DNA of 63,628 nt, the filler included, from Octopus bimaculoides (Eukaryota), in the NCBI RefSeq assembly GCF_001194135.2. It is 6 parts of 5 records of this genome, joined end to end, with 100 filler letters (N's around TTAATTAATTAA, not from the genome) between each part and the next. Parts side by side here need not be neighbours in the genome. Positions count along the whole stretch, not along the records: positions 1 to 12,108 come from NC_068981.1; positions 12,209 to 19,146 come from NC_069005.1; 4 more parts are not named here. The stretch is one strand, 5' to 3'. A program made the translations under genes and the position numbers. A model generated the notes under the pieces. The model was given only the letters and a program-made list of their open reading frames with translations, ran no database searches and was not told where the DNA came from. Below are positions 1-13,220 of the stretch, in pieces (within the stretch, counting starts at the first letter, position 1; each line of letters opens with the position of its first letter).

Positions 1-330
1 AAACGGGCTGATTACTACCTAGCTCAGATACCAGGAAACCCCAAAATGGCTGAAGTTCAAAAGATAGTGCTCATGGGAACTGCCCATATCCTACGTAAAA
101 TACTGTCTATGTGATCTCAAATTTTAAAACAAACACATAATTTTCTTATGGTTTCTTAAACATTCACTAGAACAAAACTGTACAAATCCAAATATATGGT
201 ACCCTAGGCATAACACCTACATGAACTTCTAACTTGTTGTCTCTTGAGGTCTCTGGGTGAGACTTGGATCCAACTTGTACAAATGCAAAACAAAAGTCAA
301 ACATTAAATAATAATAATAATAATAATAAT
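1..330 (+). mobile_element. 3' end of an R4/Dong-like RLE non-LTR retrotransposon with 3' UTR and (AAT)n tail
   Basis: 1-114 translates KRADYYLAQIPGNPKMAEVQKIVLMGTAHILRKILSM*, the typical R4/Dong C-terminus; (AAT)n tail at ~306-330. Confidence 0.85.
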
Positions 331-589
331 GACGATGGTGATGATGATTTCATTTATTTGCCACAAGGACGAAGGATGAGGGGGACAATACAGAGACATA
401 TAAAGTGTGGGGGTTTACATATAACAATGAAATGATAAAAAAATAAACAGTAATAATAACACCATGGATATTGAGCTGTAAAACAAATAAAAGTCAAGTA
501 GTGAGCTGTAAAAAATAAAAATGATAATAAAAAACACTAGCCATGAACAAGGTAGCACCAATAATCATAAAATATATAAAACATTCCAT

Positions 590-2462
590 AAATTAATGGC
601 AGACAATGCTACAACCCCAGACAAAAGAGGGACTCATAAAACCAAAGCCATCCCCATTAGAAGAGGAATATTCCAGGGAGACACGTTCTCTCCACTCCTT
701 CTCTACTTGGTACTGACACCTTTATCTGACATGCTAAACAGAACTGGATGTGCATACAACTGTTACGGCAAAACAATAAGCCATCTCTTGTATATGGATG
801 ATCTAAAACAACGCTATAAATGATAAACAGCTGGAAACATTATTACAGAAAGTACATGGATTTACCAAAGAAATAAACATGAAATTTGACTTAGAAAAAT
901 GTGCCAAAGCAATATTGAAAAGAGGAAAACTAGTTAAGAGTAGCAACATCACACTAGATAAAGCAAATGAAATAAGAAAATTAGACCAAAGCCAGACATA
1001 CAAATATTTAGGGATCAATGAACTAGATACGATACAACACACACACAAATGAAAGAGAAGACAAAAAAGGAATACTATAGACGAGTTAGATTAAAACTGA
1101 AAACAGAGCTCAATGCAAAAATAAAACAAGATAATAGGTATCAACACTCTTGCCGTTTCAGTTATAAGTTACAGATACAATATTCTTAACTGGACTCTAA
1201 ATGAATTAATATAATAAACAGGAAAACAAGAAAAATAATGACAGGATTTAGGATGTACCACACAAAATCTGACATAGAAAGACTATATATACAACGTATA
1301 GAAGGTGGTAGAGGCCTTATGCAGCTAGAAAACTATTACAAAATAACCGCCATAGGACTACAGAAATACCTACTTCAGAAGCAAGGAAAACTAATACAGA
1401 TATCCACAAAATACGAAGAAAACAAAAAACTATTTTCAGTTTTTAAGGAAGTTGATAAATGCAAAAAAGAAGTCATAGTACCTAACAACTATGAAGAAAA
1501 AGAAGAAACAACAAAAGCTATAAAAGAACTGAAATCCAAACTAAAACTGGAACAGCAACGGATCATGATAAAATGATGGCAAGAAAAGCCCATACATGGC
1601 AAAAACTGGGTTAAGCTAAACAGAAAATACATAGACAAAGCAAAATCCCAACAATAACTGAGAAGCACAGGACTCTAAGCAGAGACTGAAGGACTTTTAA
1701 TTGCAGCACAAGATCAAAGCCTTTCCACCAGAAATACCAAAAAACACGCAATGAAAAGAAATACAAGTAACTGCAGAATATGTAGTGATGGAGAAGAAAC
1801 AATAAATCATATTATCTTTGGCTGCCAAGTCCTTGCTAAGAAGGAATATATTCACAGACACGACAGAGTTGGGACCTATATACACTGGATGCTATGCCAA
1901 CTCTATGGAATCACAACAGAAAAAAGTTGGTATAGGCAGAAAAGGTTACAGAAAATGAGAAAGCAACCATACTCTGGGATATGCCAAAACACACAGATAG
2001 GGAAATTAAGGCCAATAGGCCAGATGTAGTTGTCAGAGATCACCAAGAAAAACAAAAACTTCCTAAACGTTGTATCAATATGTTGTTACATGACAGCTTT
2101 AAGACACTATTATTTATTGTTGTTGTTACATGACAATGTTTCTCTAACGGAGAAACTTTCAAAATACAAAGATCTGGAAACAGAGGTAACTCGAAGGTGG
2201 AGCCTAAAAACAGAAACAATTCCTATCATAGTAGGTGCATTAGGTATGATAAAAATCATTCAGACAGATACATAACAAAAACACCAGGGCTTACAAGTAT
2301 ATATAACATACAGAAAATAGCACTACTAGGCACCGCACATATCCTACGTAAAACACTTTCAATACAGAAAGAGCACTACAACAAACCACAGCACATACCC
2401 AAGACACACAGAGCTGCGCTCGGTAGTGCAGTGGAAGCGCCTAATGGAAATAAGACTACTGA

Positions 2463-2536
<74 letters not shown>
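590..2536 (+). mobile_element. Degenerate 5'-truncated R4/Dong-like LINE (RT, CCHC knuckle, restriction-like endonuclease), (AAT)n tail
   Basis: RGIFQGDTFSPLL and ISHLLYMDDLK (RT); CRICSDGEETINHIIFGC (CCHC); ANRPDVVV, EKLSKYKDL, IPIIVGALG (RLE); IQKIALLGTAHILRKTLSI; frameshifts and stops; (AAT)n 2466-2536. Confidence 0.92.
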
Positions 2537-2538
<2 letters not shown>

Positions 2539-2829
2539 TCTTTCAATAGTATTTCAAGTGGCTTAAAACCCCGCTGATAATCTTAGAGACAAGAAAGATT
2601 ATCAGAAGGGTTTTAAACTAGACTATTAAAAGCTTGTAGATACTTAAGGATACAAGTAGTAACTCGCTACCCGCATAAATTCTATAAGGAATAAGAACAA
2701 ACCTGAGTCAAATCACTATCACCATCATCATCATCATCATCATCATCATCAGAAATAACAATAATGATAATAATAATAATAATAATAATAATTATTATTA
2801 TTATTTCTCTTATTAGCCACAAAGGCCCA

Positions 2830-3400
2830 AGACATGGAGGACAGAGTGAGGGAGGGGAGTAAGTTGTGAAAGATATGCTGAGAGATAAAAGGGTTGATTA
2901 TGAAAGCGAGAAAAAGTGTGTATGAGGGCGTAATTGTGCTGACAATGTTATATAGTGCAGAGACGTGGGGGCTGAGAGAGGCGGAAAGGATTCGACTGGA
3001 TGTGTTTGAGATGAGATGTCTGAGGGCTATGGTTGGTGTGATACAGATGGACAGGATGAGGAGTGCGAAGGCGAGCAGGAATGAGAGAAAAACTAACAAC
3101 CAAAACGGACAAACGAATGTTGAGATGGTTTGGCCACAGGGTGAGGATGAATGAGGAGCGAATGGTAAAGAGGGTGATGAAGGCAGAATTGGTAGGCAGC
3201 AGAACCAGAAGCAGACCTCAGTTTGTGTGGATGGATGGAGTGAAGAAAACTTTGGTGGTTAGAGGTGTTGGAGTGAGAGAGACAAGAGAGTTTATAAATG
3301 ATAGGAAAACTTGGAGAGTGTTTGTGGACGGATGACGGATGTTGCTCAAAGGGGTATGGAACCAGCATGATACGGCGGAGGTAAACCAGCATATGCTGTT
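2830..3400 (+). mobile_element. RTE-clade LINE 3' fragment
   Basis: MLYSAETW..FEMRCLRAM..MDR and LRWFGHRVRMNEERMVKRV..GSRTRSRPQFVWMDGVKK, the post-RT signature of RTE elements. Confidence 0.85.
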
Positions 3401-3469
3401 GGGCCCCACTGCTGATATTGGGGGTTGCGTTCTATGCCTTGACACGAGCATAGAACGGGGATAGCCTCT

Positions 3470-3932
3470 TTGAACTAGGAAATGAATGGAATGCCTGGTG
3501 TATGTTTTGTTGTGGCTACCGCCTCCTAAAATAATAGGGAAAGGCTTGGGTATATATATAAAAAAAATCAATGTCTTCAGAAATGAAAACTCTCTTTCTA
3601 AAAAGAAGGTAAACGATGCAGTAAGTGGAGAATCCGCAACCAAGAAAAAATACAAAGATGTTTATAAGCGCATACTAAGCATTGTCAGAGGTTACGATCA
3701 AAATCAAAAACATTATTTGCGTGCAATTTCAATGAACTTACATGATTTTTAACTTTTTAGTTTTTTAGCTTAACTTTTTAAACACAGTGTATGACCTTCA
3801 TTATTTTTATTTTTATTTTCTATCCTTCTCTTCTTATGGTTTACTACAAAATGTCCTTGCGGCGAAATATTCGTACGGTGAATTGTCTTACGGCGAAAGT
3901 CCTACGGTCCTACGGCGAATTGTCCTAGATTC
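3470..3932 (+). mobile_element. MULE-like DNA transposon 3' end
   Basis: KKKYKDVYKRILSIVRGYDQNQKHYLRAISMNL resembles MULE transposase C-termini; subterminal TACGGCGAA repeats at 3860-3925. Confidence 0.65.
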
Positions 3933-3974
3933 GGTAGGTATGGCCTGTATTCAAACATTTCAGATGGGTCTACC

Positions 3975-4066
<92 letters not shown>

Positions 4067-4079
4067 CAACAATAATAAT

Positions 4080-5220
4080 AGCTAATGCTATTAAGGGAAG
4101 AAAGTGGATGACAGAATTGGAGGTGGAAGAGATTACAAGAGAATTAAGAAAGAAAGACCAGGCAGTGGGAAAGACAAACAGCAACATAAGAGATACAGAT
4201 CAAACCAAAGAAGAACCTAAAAGAAAAAATAGTAATAGCACTACCAATAAGGAAAGGACAACTGACACCAGCGATTTAAGTGATTAAAGTGAGGAAGATC
4301 AGAAAATTTTAGATGAGTTGCAGGAAGTAATGAGTAAAGAAGTAAGAAAAAAATTGCCAGCATTAAAAGGTATCAACAGAAGGAAGTTACAAGAAATGAC
4401 TAGGAAAGCAGATTCTGTTATCAGTAGGACAGATACTAAAAATATAGAAGACACTAACTTACTGATCTATGCAAGAGGGGGAGTAATTACCAGAAAATCA
4501 GATATCTCACAGGGAAAGATTAAAAAAGAGCAAATGTGGAAAAAGGAGATTACAAAATAAAGTGAAGTCTTTAAGACAAGATCTGAGTAGAATAGAAGCC
4601 TAGAAACTGAACAAGTTAGGAAACACAAGATGCAAATCTTCCCTCGAGAAAAGATACTTAGTCAAAGAGAAAGGATTTAAGACAGTCATAGAAGAGTTGA
4701 AACAGTGTATCATAGCAGTAGCAGGAAAGCTTTCCAGATATCAGAAAAGAATAAATCAGTATCAACAGAATAGATTATTTGGGACAGATCAGAGGAGATT
4801 CTATAACCAAATAAATAGGGGAGAAGAAAGTACAGAAGATGAGATACTTAATGCAAAAGAAGCTAGAAAGTTCTGGAGTAATATTTGGGATAAGCCAGTC
4901 AATCATAATGGAGATGCAGTATGGTTAACGAAAGTGAGGGTAGAAGTAGTGAGTGAGAAGCAGCCAGACCTAAGACTAACTAGTGCATTAATGAGTAAAG
5001 TGTTAGGAAAAATGCCGAATTGGAAGGGCCCTAGACCAGATTTAGCTCAAGGGTACTGGCTAAAGAAATTTAGTAGTTTACAAGGGAGGCTGAGGGAACA
5101 AATTCAGGATTGCCTGAATGGAGGAATAATACAAGATTGGATGACTAGAGGGAGAACAATATTCCTGATAAAAGATAAAAGCAAAGATAAAACAGCTAGC
5201 AATTATAGACCAATCACTTA
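4080..5220 (+). mobile_element. R4/Dong-like LINE, N-terminal part of the ORF, truncated at the start of RT
   Basis: KLSRYQKRINQYQQNRLF..QRRFY, FWSNIWDKPVNHN, MPNWKGP.PDLAQGYWLKKF, DWMTRGRT, SNYRPIT; begins right after (AAC)n(AAT)n. Confidence 0.9.
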
Positions 5221-5709
5221 CACCCTGACCGACACTGTTCTCGACTAAGGGTCGCGTTCAACATGCACCGCGCGCTTTGCACCATATAATGAACTACCTC
5301 TCGGCGACAGACGGACCCTTTCTCCATCGAGTGAGCAAGAGAACTATGGAAGTAGTGGTTTTCCATCGTTGCAAATGCGAGCGACACTCCCATGCCAAAC
5401 TGGCCGTCCGACGACGCAGGTACGCGACGATGACGACGACGATGAACCGCGAGGAGCGGAACGCCGATAACCGAGCGCGCGTCACGCCACCAGTGACGGC
5501 GGCCGTCGCGGGGCAACATGAATGCTACCGCCTACCGTGTGCCCTCACAAAACCGGACTAGAGTTAAGCTCAACCGCGTCTTCTTTCCCCGCCGATTCGT
5601 CCAAACCAGTTCCCTCGGTTGTGGTTTCGCTACACAATAGATAGGGACAGTGGGAATCTCGTTAGTCCGTTCATGTACGTCATTAATTAGATGACAAGGC
5701 ATTTGGCTA
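5219..5709 (-). rRNA. Dispersed 28S rRNA fragment (pseudogene) starting at the R2 insertion site
   Basis: Plus strand matches the reverse complement of conserved LSU sequence (GACTAGAGTTAAGCTCAAC..TCTTCTTTCCCCGC..GATAGGGACAGTGGGAATCTCGTT..AATTAGATGAC.AGGCATTTGGCTA) plus a GC-rich expansion segment. Confidence 0.93.
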
Positions 5710-6110
5710 TTTTGCTTTATATACTAGAATCAGTAATACAAACTTCCTTATTATTTAACGTGGTCGGTTCCACTATGTCCCGTCAGCAGCACACGCACAT
5801 GATCGGAGAAAGATCTGCTGTATAACCTGGAAAGAGGATAATATAATGACCGAGAAGATAACGTGGAACACTGGAATGAAAGATTGTTGGGGAAAAACAT
5901 ACTATCAGTCTATCAACATCTAAAACAGAAACAAGAGGATGCAGGAAAATTTTCGCCTTGTCCAACTTCGAAGATGCTCCTAAGTGTCTTCAGTGTACCA
6001 GTTTCTGTTCCAGTGAGGGGAAAAGGTCGGTACGTGGAGTTTATTGAAGCAATATATGTGGTGGTTTGTCATCTGTGTGTGAATAGGTTGTTCTAATTTG
6101 ATTTTGTTTT
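5710..6110 (-). mobile_element. Putative R2 retrotransposon 3' end (5'-truncated)
   Basis: Minus strand ...ATAAAGCAAAA|TAGCCAAATGCC: non-rDNA sequence with a short A tail replaces the upstream 28S exactly at the AAGG/TAGC R2 site; weak C-terminal peptide TETGTLKTLRSIFEVG. Confidence 0.75.
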
Positions 6111-6117
6111 TGTATAT

Positions 6118-6153
<36 letters not shown>

Positions 6154-6155
<2 letters not shown>

Positions 6156-6325
6156 CAACACCTCGTCCGTCTTTACGTTCAAATTCCGCCGAGGTCGACT
6201 CTGCTCTTCATCCTTTCGGAGGTCAATGAAATAAATACTAGTCAAGTACTGGGGTCAGTGAAATTGACTTGCACCCTCTTCCAATATTTCAGGCCTTGTG
6301 CCTATAGTAGAAAGGATTATTACTA
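6154..6325 (+). mobile_element. SINE family A, 5'-truncated copy
   Basis: GTTCAAATTCCGCCGAGGTCGAC...GGCCTTGTGCCTATAGTAGAAAGGATTATT, shared with many copies in the window. Confidence 0.85.
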
Positions 6326-7276
6326 TAATTATCGTTATTGTTGTAGTACGAAAGTCTTCAAGATAGATCCGCGAAATACTGAATTTCCCCACGACATTTT
6401 GATGAAAGAAAAGATTCTTGATTCATTTTCTAAGCAAGCAATTTGGAAATATTAGGATGTCTACCCTATTTCCTGGGTGAGGGGAAAAGTTTGTTTTTAG
6501 ATACATTATTTTAAAAAATTGCTAAGTACTAGTAATTTAATATGACTTCTTCTGAAGTAGTGGGAAAAGTTAATAACAAGAAACGAGGTAGCACCAATTA
6601 CGCTCCCAAAGGATATTTAAAAAGTTAACATGAAAAAAGGAAGTGAACAGAAATGAACAAGCAGATACAGCAGAAATGAATACGTTAAGAAATGAAAAAA
6701 ATATCATATTTCCAATAATTTTAATAGGCAAAAGGAAAAACATAAGCCTTATTAGTGTTGTTAGAGAGAAATAATCGAAATAGGCTGCATCCCGGAGAAG
6801 TATTTGGAAGAAGTAAATTACAAAGGATAGCGCCTTGTTTCCCCAGAAATATTCATCATGATAAGTGTAAAGGATTTCATATGCACTCGTCGGTGTAGTA
6901 AGAAGAATTCTTGGCCGATTTGTGACATCATATGTACCCTACTAACTGGGCAACGGTGTATTTAAGTGTGTAATTAATTTTTTAAATGGAGGGAGAAGTG
7001 AGGTGACGAACCTAGTTGATGCAACACTCTCACCTAGGAAAGTGTCTGCTATACATCTAGTAATAGTAACCACTTGAGGACCAACTAACTTGGGTACCTA
7101 ATAAAAAAATGTAGAAAGTGGCTGACAAGAGTATGCTTCTAAAACTCCCGTTTCTAGAATACCACGCAACTCTGAGGACAAAACGGAAAAAAAATCGCCT
7201 CTTTCTCTTACCAGGAGCCGACAACTATGAAACTAGTCAATCTTCTCTCAACAATTGCAGAAGACAAAAAACGGAA

Positions 7277-7371
<95 letters not shown>

Positions 7372-7829
7372 GCACGCACGCACACATGCACACAAACACA
7401 AATTGTGTAAGAGGCATGGTGAAGTGAGTATTTTTCCGTCGAAAGTGAAGGATTTTCCTGTCGAAATATATGGCAGCTAATTAAAAAAAAATGTATAAAT
7501 CAAACTCACCTTCAAAAGAAAATGTCAGCTGTTTATCGTATAACATACACGTGTAGTTTGGAATATGATGAAGAAACGTGATCAATAATATAATGCTAAT
7601 TATAGCACATAAAAGGGAGTGAGAAAAGTCAGGTGTTTATTTACGGCTTAGTTTCCGATATGCGTGTCTGTGTATTGTGTATGTAAAGTGCTATTTTGCA
7701 TAAACGAAATAAACAGGTTTTATATCATTGAATATACGAGCACTCATTCTCATATGCACGTAAACACACACTACGACCGCCATCTACAGAGACAATAACA
7801 GTATCGGCTACAAGTGAAACTTTTAGAAA

Positions 7830-8520
7830 GATCCTATTCTGTTGGCATTTGCGGGAGACATCTACCAAAACGTCGGTTAGCAAGTCTTGGCACGTAAGAA
7901 TATGTAAAGCTCGCAGGACAGACCATCCAAAACAGGTGATTTACTCCTCATACAACCACTTCTCCGAAAATATCTTAGTTGCTGCGATCAGCTTAGCACT
8001 TCACGTCTTTTGCCAAGTGTCGCAGTAAATCGTAGGCTGGAGCTAAATTCAACTATCATCTCTGCTCTACCTCTCGCTCCAATCAGTTGAGTAAGTGCCG
8101 TTGGAAAATCGAGCACAGCTGCTTGGAACCGAATAGCATGCACCCATCCCGGTCTGTCATACATCGAATTGTGGCATTGTTACCACGTTGAGCTCCTAAC
8201 ACTTGAAATTATGGAATAGCTTTGCTTCTTTATGTTTTAGAGTACACACCTTGATTCTGAAAAAATTCGATCGCTCTTCTACGGTCGGACATAAGTGTCC
8301 ACTAGTCTAAAGCATAGCCCTCACTTTTGGTCACTTCTACCACTACCGGTTTATTGTCCGGATCCGGGATAATTGTCCGTACATCGAGATGTAAACCTTT
8401 CTAATGCTGGATAACCACATTAAGAGTCTATCGTGTATTCACCGAAAATGAGTGTCAGTCTGCGTGCTGGAAGTATTGGTTTTATTGATGTGCCCTAGCT
8501 ATCTGTAGCAACATGAGGCC
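7830..8520 (-). mobile_element. Degenerate Tx1/L1-like LINE ORF2 fragment (EN-RT linker)
   Basis: Minus frame QRGNNATIRCMTDRDGCMLFGSKQLCSIFQRHL with interspersed stops. Confidence 0.55.
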
Positions 8521-9289
8521 ATTAAAAAGCATCCTTACATCCAAGCCTGTCCCAAGCCAATAATACATATATTGTACTTGGTGTATAACCATCATGTCGG
8601 AACAAAGACAGAAGTCACCTTGTTCTTGGACAAGGAGAGTCAATTCGGTCTTGTCAGTAACGTGCGTGTGTGTGTGTGTGTGTATGTGCGCGCGTTCCTT
8701 GAAAGGCCGCTCCAAAATGTTTTGCTCGCTCTAATTCGGAACGTTCTGACATCATACTGGAATTATTTTCAGCGACTTATATAGTTTGATGGGATTTTCA
8801 GTAGGAGTCTTTTCGATGGAGATTTTGAGACGAACTTTGTATTTGTGGTTCTATGCACTCAAATTCATTGTACTTTCTACTTACAATACATCTCATGAAA
8901 AATTATTCTTGCGTGTTTGACCGTTCGTGTTCGTGCTGTTAGTGTCGCTGCTACTGCTACTGCTGTTGTTTCTTTTGATGTTTTTTGCAGTAATTGTGTT
9001 TGCGTGTTTCCTTGATTTTATTACTTGTGGATTCAGGTTTGGATATTCTTGCCGTGGTGGTGGTAGTGGTGGCAGCGACGGTGGTAGTGTGGTGGCGGCA
9101 GCGGTGGTGGTGTGGTGGTGGCGGTGGTAGCGGTGGTTTAGTGGCGGCGGCGGTGGTAGTGGGTGGCTACCCACTGAGTTTTCTGCCTCGTTGAATTTTT
9201 ATATATTTGCGGTTAGGACAGCCTTTTGTTTTCTATTTTTTTCTCTTCTCACTTAAGGCACAGGAGGAAAAGGACATATTCGAAAGTTC

Positions 9290-9900
9290 AGAAACTTCGC
9301 CGATCCCTAAATCTCACCGAGAATAAATCCCAACTTCTTAACGAGTACTTTAGACGAAGTCTTCAAGTCCGTGTCCACTTGACTTACGGGCACAATAGTA
9401 TCTAATCTGTCCGTCTTGTTTACATTCTTTCTTTGTAACGTTGCCACATTTTGACTTACACGACTGGGAAAGCTCTCAATCAGCTGCCAGATAAATATTG
9501 ACAAAGTTGGGAACCAATAAGTCTGGCCTCGATAGCAAGATTTGTTGAATAGAATTGATAATAGAATTGATAATAGAATTTGTTGAGTAGATCTTCCAAT
9601 TCAGAAGACTTGCTATTAACGCTGCCGCCCACATAATTTGTATTGTAAGCAGTCGGTTTCTCGCATTATTCTGCATTTGCATCAAAAGGAAGAGCTGTAG
9701 GAGGTCTATGATCACATATTCGATCCTTTCTTTAAATAGCTCACTGAAATGTTGTCCGAAAACCTTGTACTACCGGATCGGATACTTTTTAGCCACTCCC
9801 GGTCCAACAGAAAATGTACAACAGTTTATATCTTCTTTCGAATTTCAGAGCATATTCATTAGTACTGACATTTCAACTTACATGTATTTGAATAACAAAT
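9290..9900 (-). mobile_element. Degenerate Tx1/L1-like LINE fragment (linker and start of RT)
   Basis: YKVFGQHFSELF, SKSSELEDLLNKFY (GKSPGLDGLPYEFY-like), NVATLQRKNVNKTDRLD..DTDLKTSSKVLVKKL. Confidence 0.65.
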
Positions 9901-10445
9901 CTAATTATGTTTTATGGAAAGCTCTTCTAAGAACCAAGATTTGGTGAAACTTTAAAGGCTTCCACATCCCAAAAGAAATCTTGTGAACCTTCTAGTTTTG
10001 TCTTCAACAGAAGTGTTTTATTAATTCTCTTTTGAGGAAATATATTTCTCTCACCAATTCCAACACTATTTTATTTTCTGTTTTCTTATTTTTTAATGTG
10101 TTTCACCAACTCGTTCTTTTTAGCAATTTGAGTAGTCTTTATGATGTTTTTAATTAAAACATATGGTTTCATGTTTTCCGACATCCTGCCTTCTGTTAGT
10201 AATATTTCGAAAATATTCACGTAGACGATCACCCAGCGAGTGGCGATTCTCAATAATGTTGAGAGGAAGTTTGGTGTCATGAATAAACATAATTACAGAA
10301 AAGCAAGAAGCCCAATGCTTTGGGTGCAGGCCTTCTTCCCCCAAAAAAGAAACAAACAAACAAAGAGAGATAGAGAAAGGGAGAGAAGGAAAGAGAGAAA
10401 GAGAGAGGGAAAGAGAGATGGAGAGAGAAAGAGAAGGAGAGAAGC

Positions 10446-10494
<49 letters not shown>

Positions 10495-13220
10495 AAGAGA
10501 ATGCCATGCGTTTTAACTAAAATATATTTAAACACTCATGTTGACAATAAATGTTCTGTTTTGGCTATCTGTTTCTGATGCTGACCCATACCGGTTTTTT
10601 CAAGTTCTGGATTTTACCTTGATACTATAGTATTAGACTCCTGAGACTATACAAGGGAGAAAGAAGTGCAAAAGAATTGTTCGGGATTGTAAAGTTAAAT
10701 CATCTAAGGAAACATTTGATTAGTCCAGGTCGAATGAAAGTGGGAAGCAAGGTGCTTCAGACAAAGAGATGATTGCAGATTGTTAGCAAATTTTCCAATG
10801 TCATTATTTTGATTTCCCCACGTACTTGTTAATAGTTCTGAGATCTTAGTAGTTAGAGCTATTGTACTTCGCCGAGGAAGTCTACAAATAAGACCAAATA
10901 AATATGGCAGTCAGATTCCAGACTCCCACGCTTCTGTTTATCTTTATTTAATTTTAGCTTAATTAAAATTTTGGGATGTTCCTTCCATATCATTTTTGAG
11001 AGTGATTTTCATTAACACCAATGAATTTTCTTCTCATTGCAGTTATAATTGAAAAATTCTTTTCGGCTCAACACATCAAGTAAGGCAGCCAGCACTTAAC
11101 TATATATCCTTTATGCAGAAGGCAAGCTTTATGCAGAAGGTACAATATCTTTAAACAATAGACAAAACGTGGATATGACGGGTTGCGTGGTTACAGAATT
11201 TTCAAAGCGGCTGATACTTGCATGTTTGAGAACAGTGGAGAAAAAGAAAGGAAAGAGATAAAGAAGCAATTCTGTTTGGAATACCATGTTGTTTAGCCTA
11301 AAATCAACACTGAGGAGCAGATCTAAATAAAAAGCGCTCAAGTTTTGACATTCCATCTCTTTTGTTTATGCGTCTTCTCTAAAGTCACATTATCCAATCA
11401 GAGAATATGCAATCAGATTTAACATATGTTAATTCTGAAAAATTAAAATCCTGGGATCAAACGAACACATATAATCGAGAATGCTGGAATATTGGAGTAG
11501 CAGCGGAGAGAATTCAACTTTAAAAAGTAAAGTATTCATCATCATTATCTACTACTACTACTACTACTTCCTCATTTTTGACAAGTGCTCAGGATGAAAC
11601 TTTAGGCCCTTGAAGTCAGTTATGTAGCTTCAAGGTTACAAATAACACACACACACATGTGTATATATATGTATGTGTGTGTGTATATGTATACTTTATA
11701 TATATATAAATATTCTACACACACACACACACGTATATACATATATATCGAGCTGACCAGTCGCAAATTCCTTGTCTCTCCGTCCTTAGGGCATTTTCTA
11801 AGCGTTGCCCACTATTCTCGTCTTCTTGGTCCTAAGGCTACATTTTGCTCGACTGTTCGTCGTTGTCCACCATCCTAAATCACAGTCTGTGTCGTTTTGC
11901 TTTGTTTTGTTTGATCTCGGCCCTAATTAGCTCCAATGAATGTTTTTAGCGGGCGCCACCAATTGTGAAGCTCTCAGTCTTATCATTGAAGGTGTGAAAC
12001 TGAGTATTAGCAATTGGTTGATTACTGATGAGGAATTAGGGACCTTCTGTGTTTGTCTCCCGTCTGGTTTTACACTCTGTATACGTTGTGCCGTATGTTT
12101 ATTTACCTNNNNNNNNNNNNNNNNNNNNNNNNNNNNNNNNNNNNNNNNNNNNTTAATTAATTAANNNNNNNNNNNNNNNNNNNNNNNNNNNNNNNNNNNN
12201 NNNNNNNNAAAAATTAATAATTAAAAGCACAATAAATGAGTATAATATAAAACAAAGTAAATAAAGTGGATCTTCATCGATGAGTTCTTGAAACTTGGTT
12301 ATTTTCCCTAAAACTATATATATTATATATATTTTAATCTATAAAGCTCAATTTAATTTTAATTTTTTATAAATTGATTTTAATTGAGTTTTTACTTGTA
12401 ATTTTGGATTTTGTCCCTAATATTATTATATATATATATATATATGATTATCATTAAAAAAAAATAATAATAATATCAGTGCCCAGCATGCAATTAAAAG
12501 CCGTAGAGGTAAAACTTAATATATATTAAAGAGTTAAATAGGCGGTTGAGAGTCTTTTGACTTCTATTTCTTACATATTGGTACTTTTTCCAAGTATCCC
12601 ACGTTATGATTATATATTCGACGAGCTTCTTTCAGTTTCCGTCTACAAAACTCACAAAGTTATGGTCGGCCCGAGGCTATAGAAGAAAACACTAGCTCAG
12701 GGTGCCATGCAGTAGAACTGAACTTGGAATCGTGTGGCTGGGAAGCAAGCTTCTTACCACTCAACCACGCCTGCACACACACAAAAAACATTAAAATATT
12801 ATTAAGATAGTATAGTTTTCATGAAGCATTTTCTGATATATACATAAATGTTTAGCTATTTTTTCAGCCAAAACAGTACAAGTTCGAAACACATTACAGA
12901 GTAGAGAAGTCGGCAATCAACATCTTCTCCGTAGATTCTTGACAAGGTCCTAACCCTAGAATACTGAAATACTAGGTAAGAGTACTAACCATCAACCTGT
13001 ATTTTTGCGTATTTAAACATTTAGAATATTATTAATTATCGAGCTAATGCTGTCCTTTTCTCACCACTTTGTTATTTCTAATGTGATTATTTTTATGCTC
13101 ATTACATTGAACAAGTTGACATTTATATACGAGGTTCTTCTCTCTCAGTTTCGTCAATCTCGTAAATAACTACAATGTAAAACAACACATAGGAAGTTAA
13201 TTCAAATAATTATCGCTCAC

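Noticed and set aside
5214-5561. GC-rich ORFs on both strands
   Set aside because: They lie within the 28S rRNA fragment.
11043-11078. Plus-strand 36-nt exon-like segment (IIEKFFRLNTS) with AG/GTAAGG
   Set aside because: No partner exons or homology recognisable; may be chance.
12153-12164. TTAATTAATTAA islands inside N runs (also 19191, 24299, 43898, 61322)
   Set aside because: Identical six-frame stop spacer centred in gaps; an assembly linker, not biology.
13015-13080. Possible downstream MMP exon starting EITKW
   Set aside because: In-frame TGA right after KW and poor similarity beyond it.
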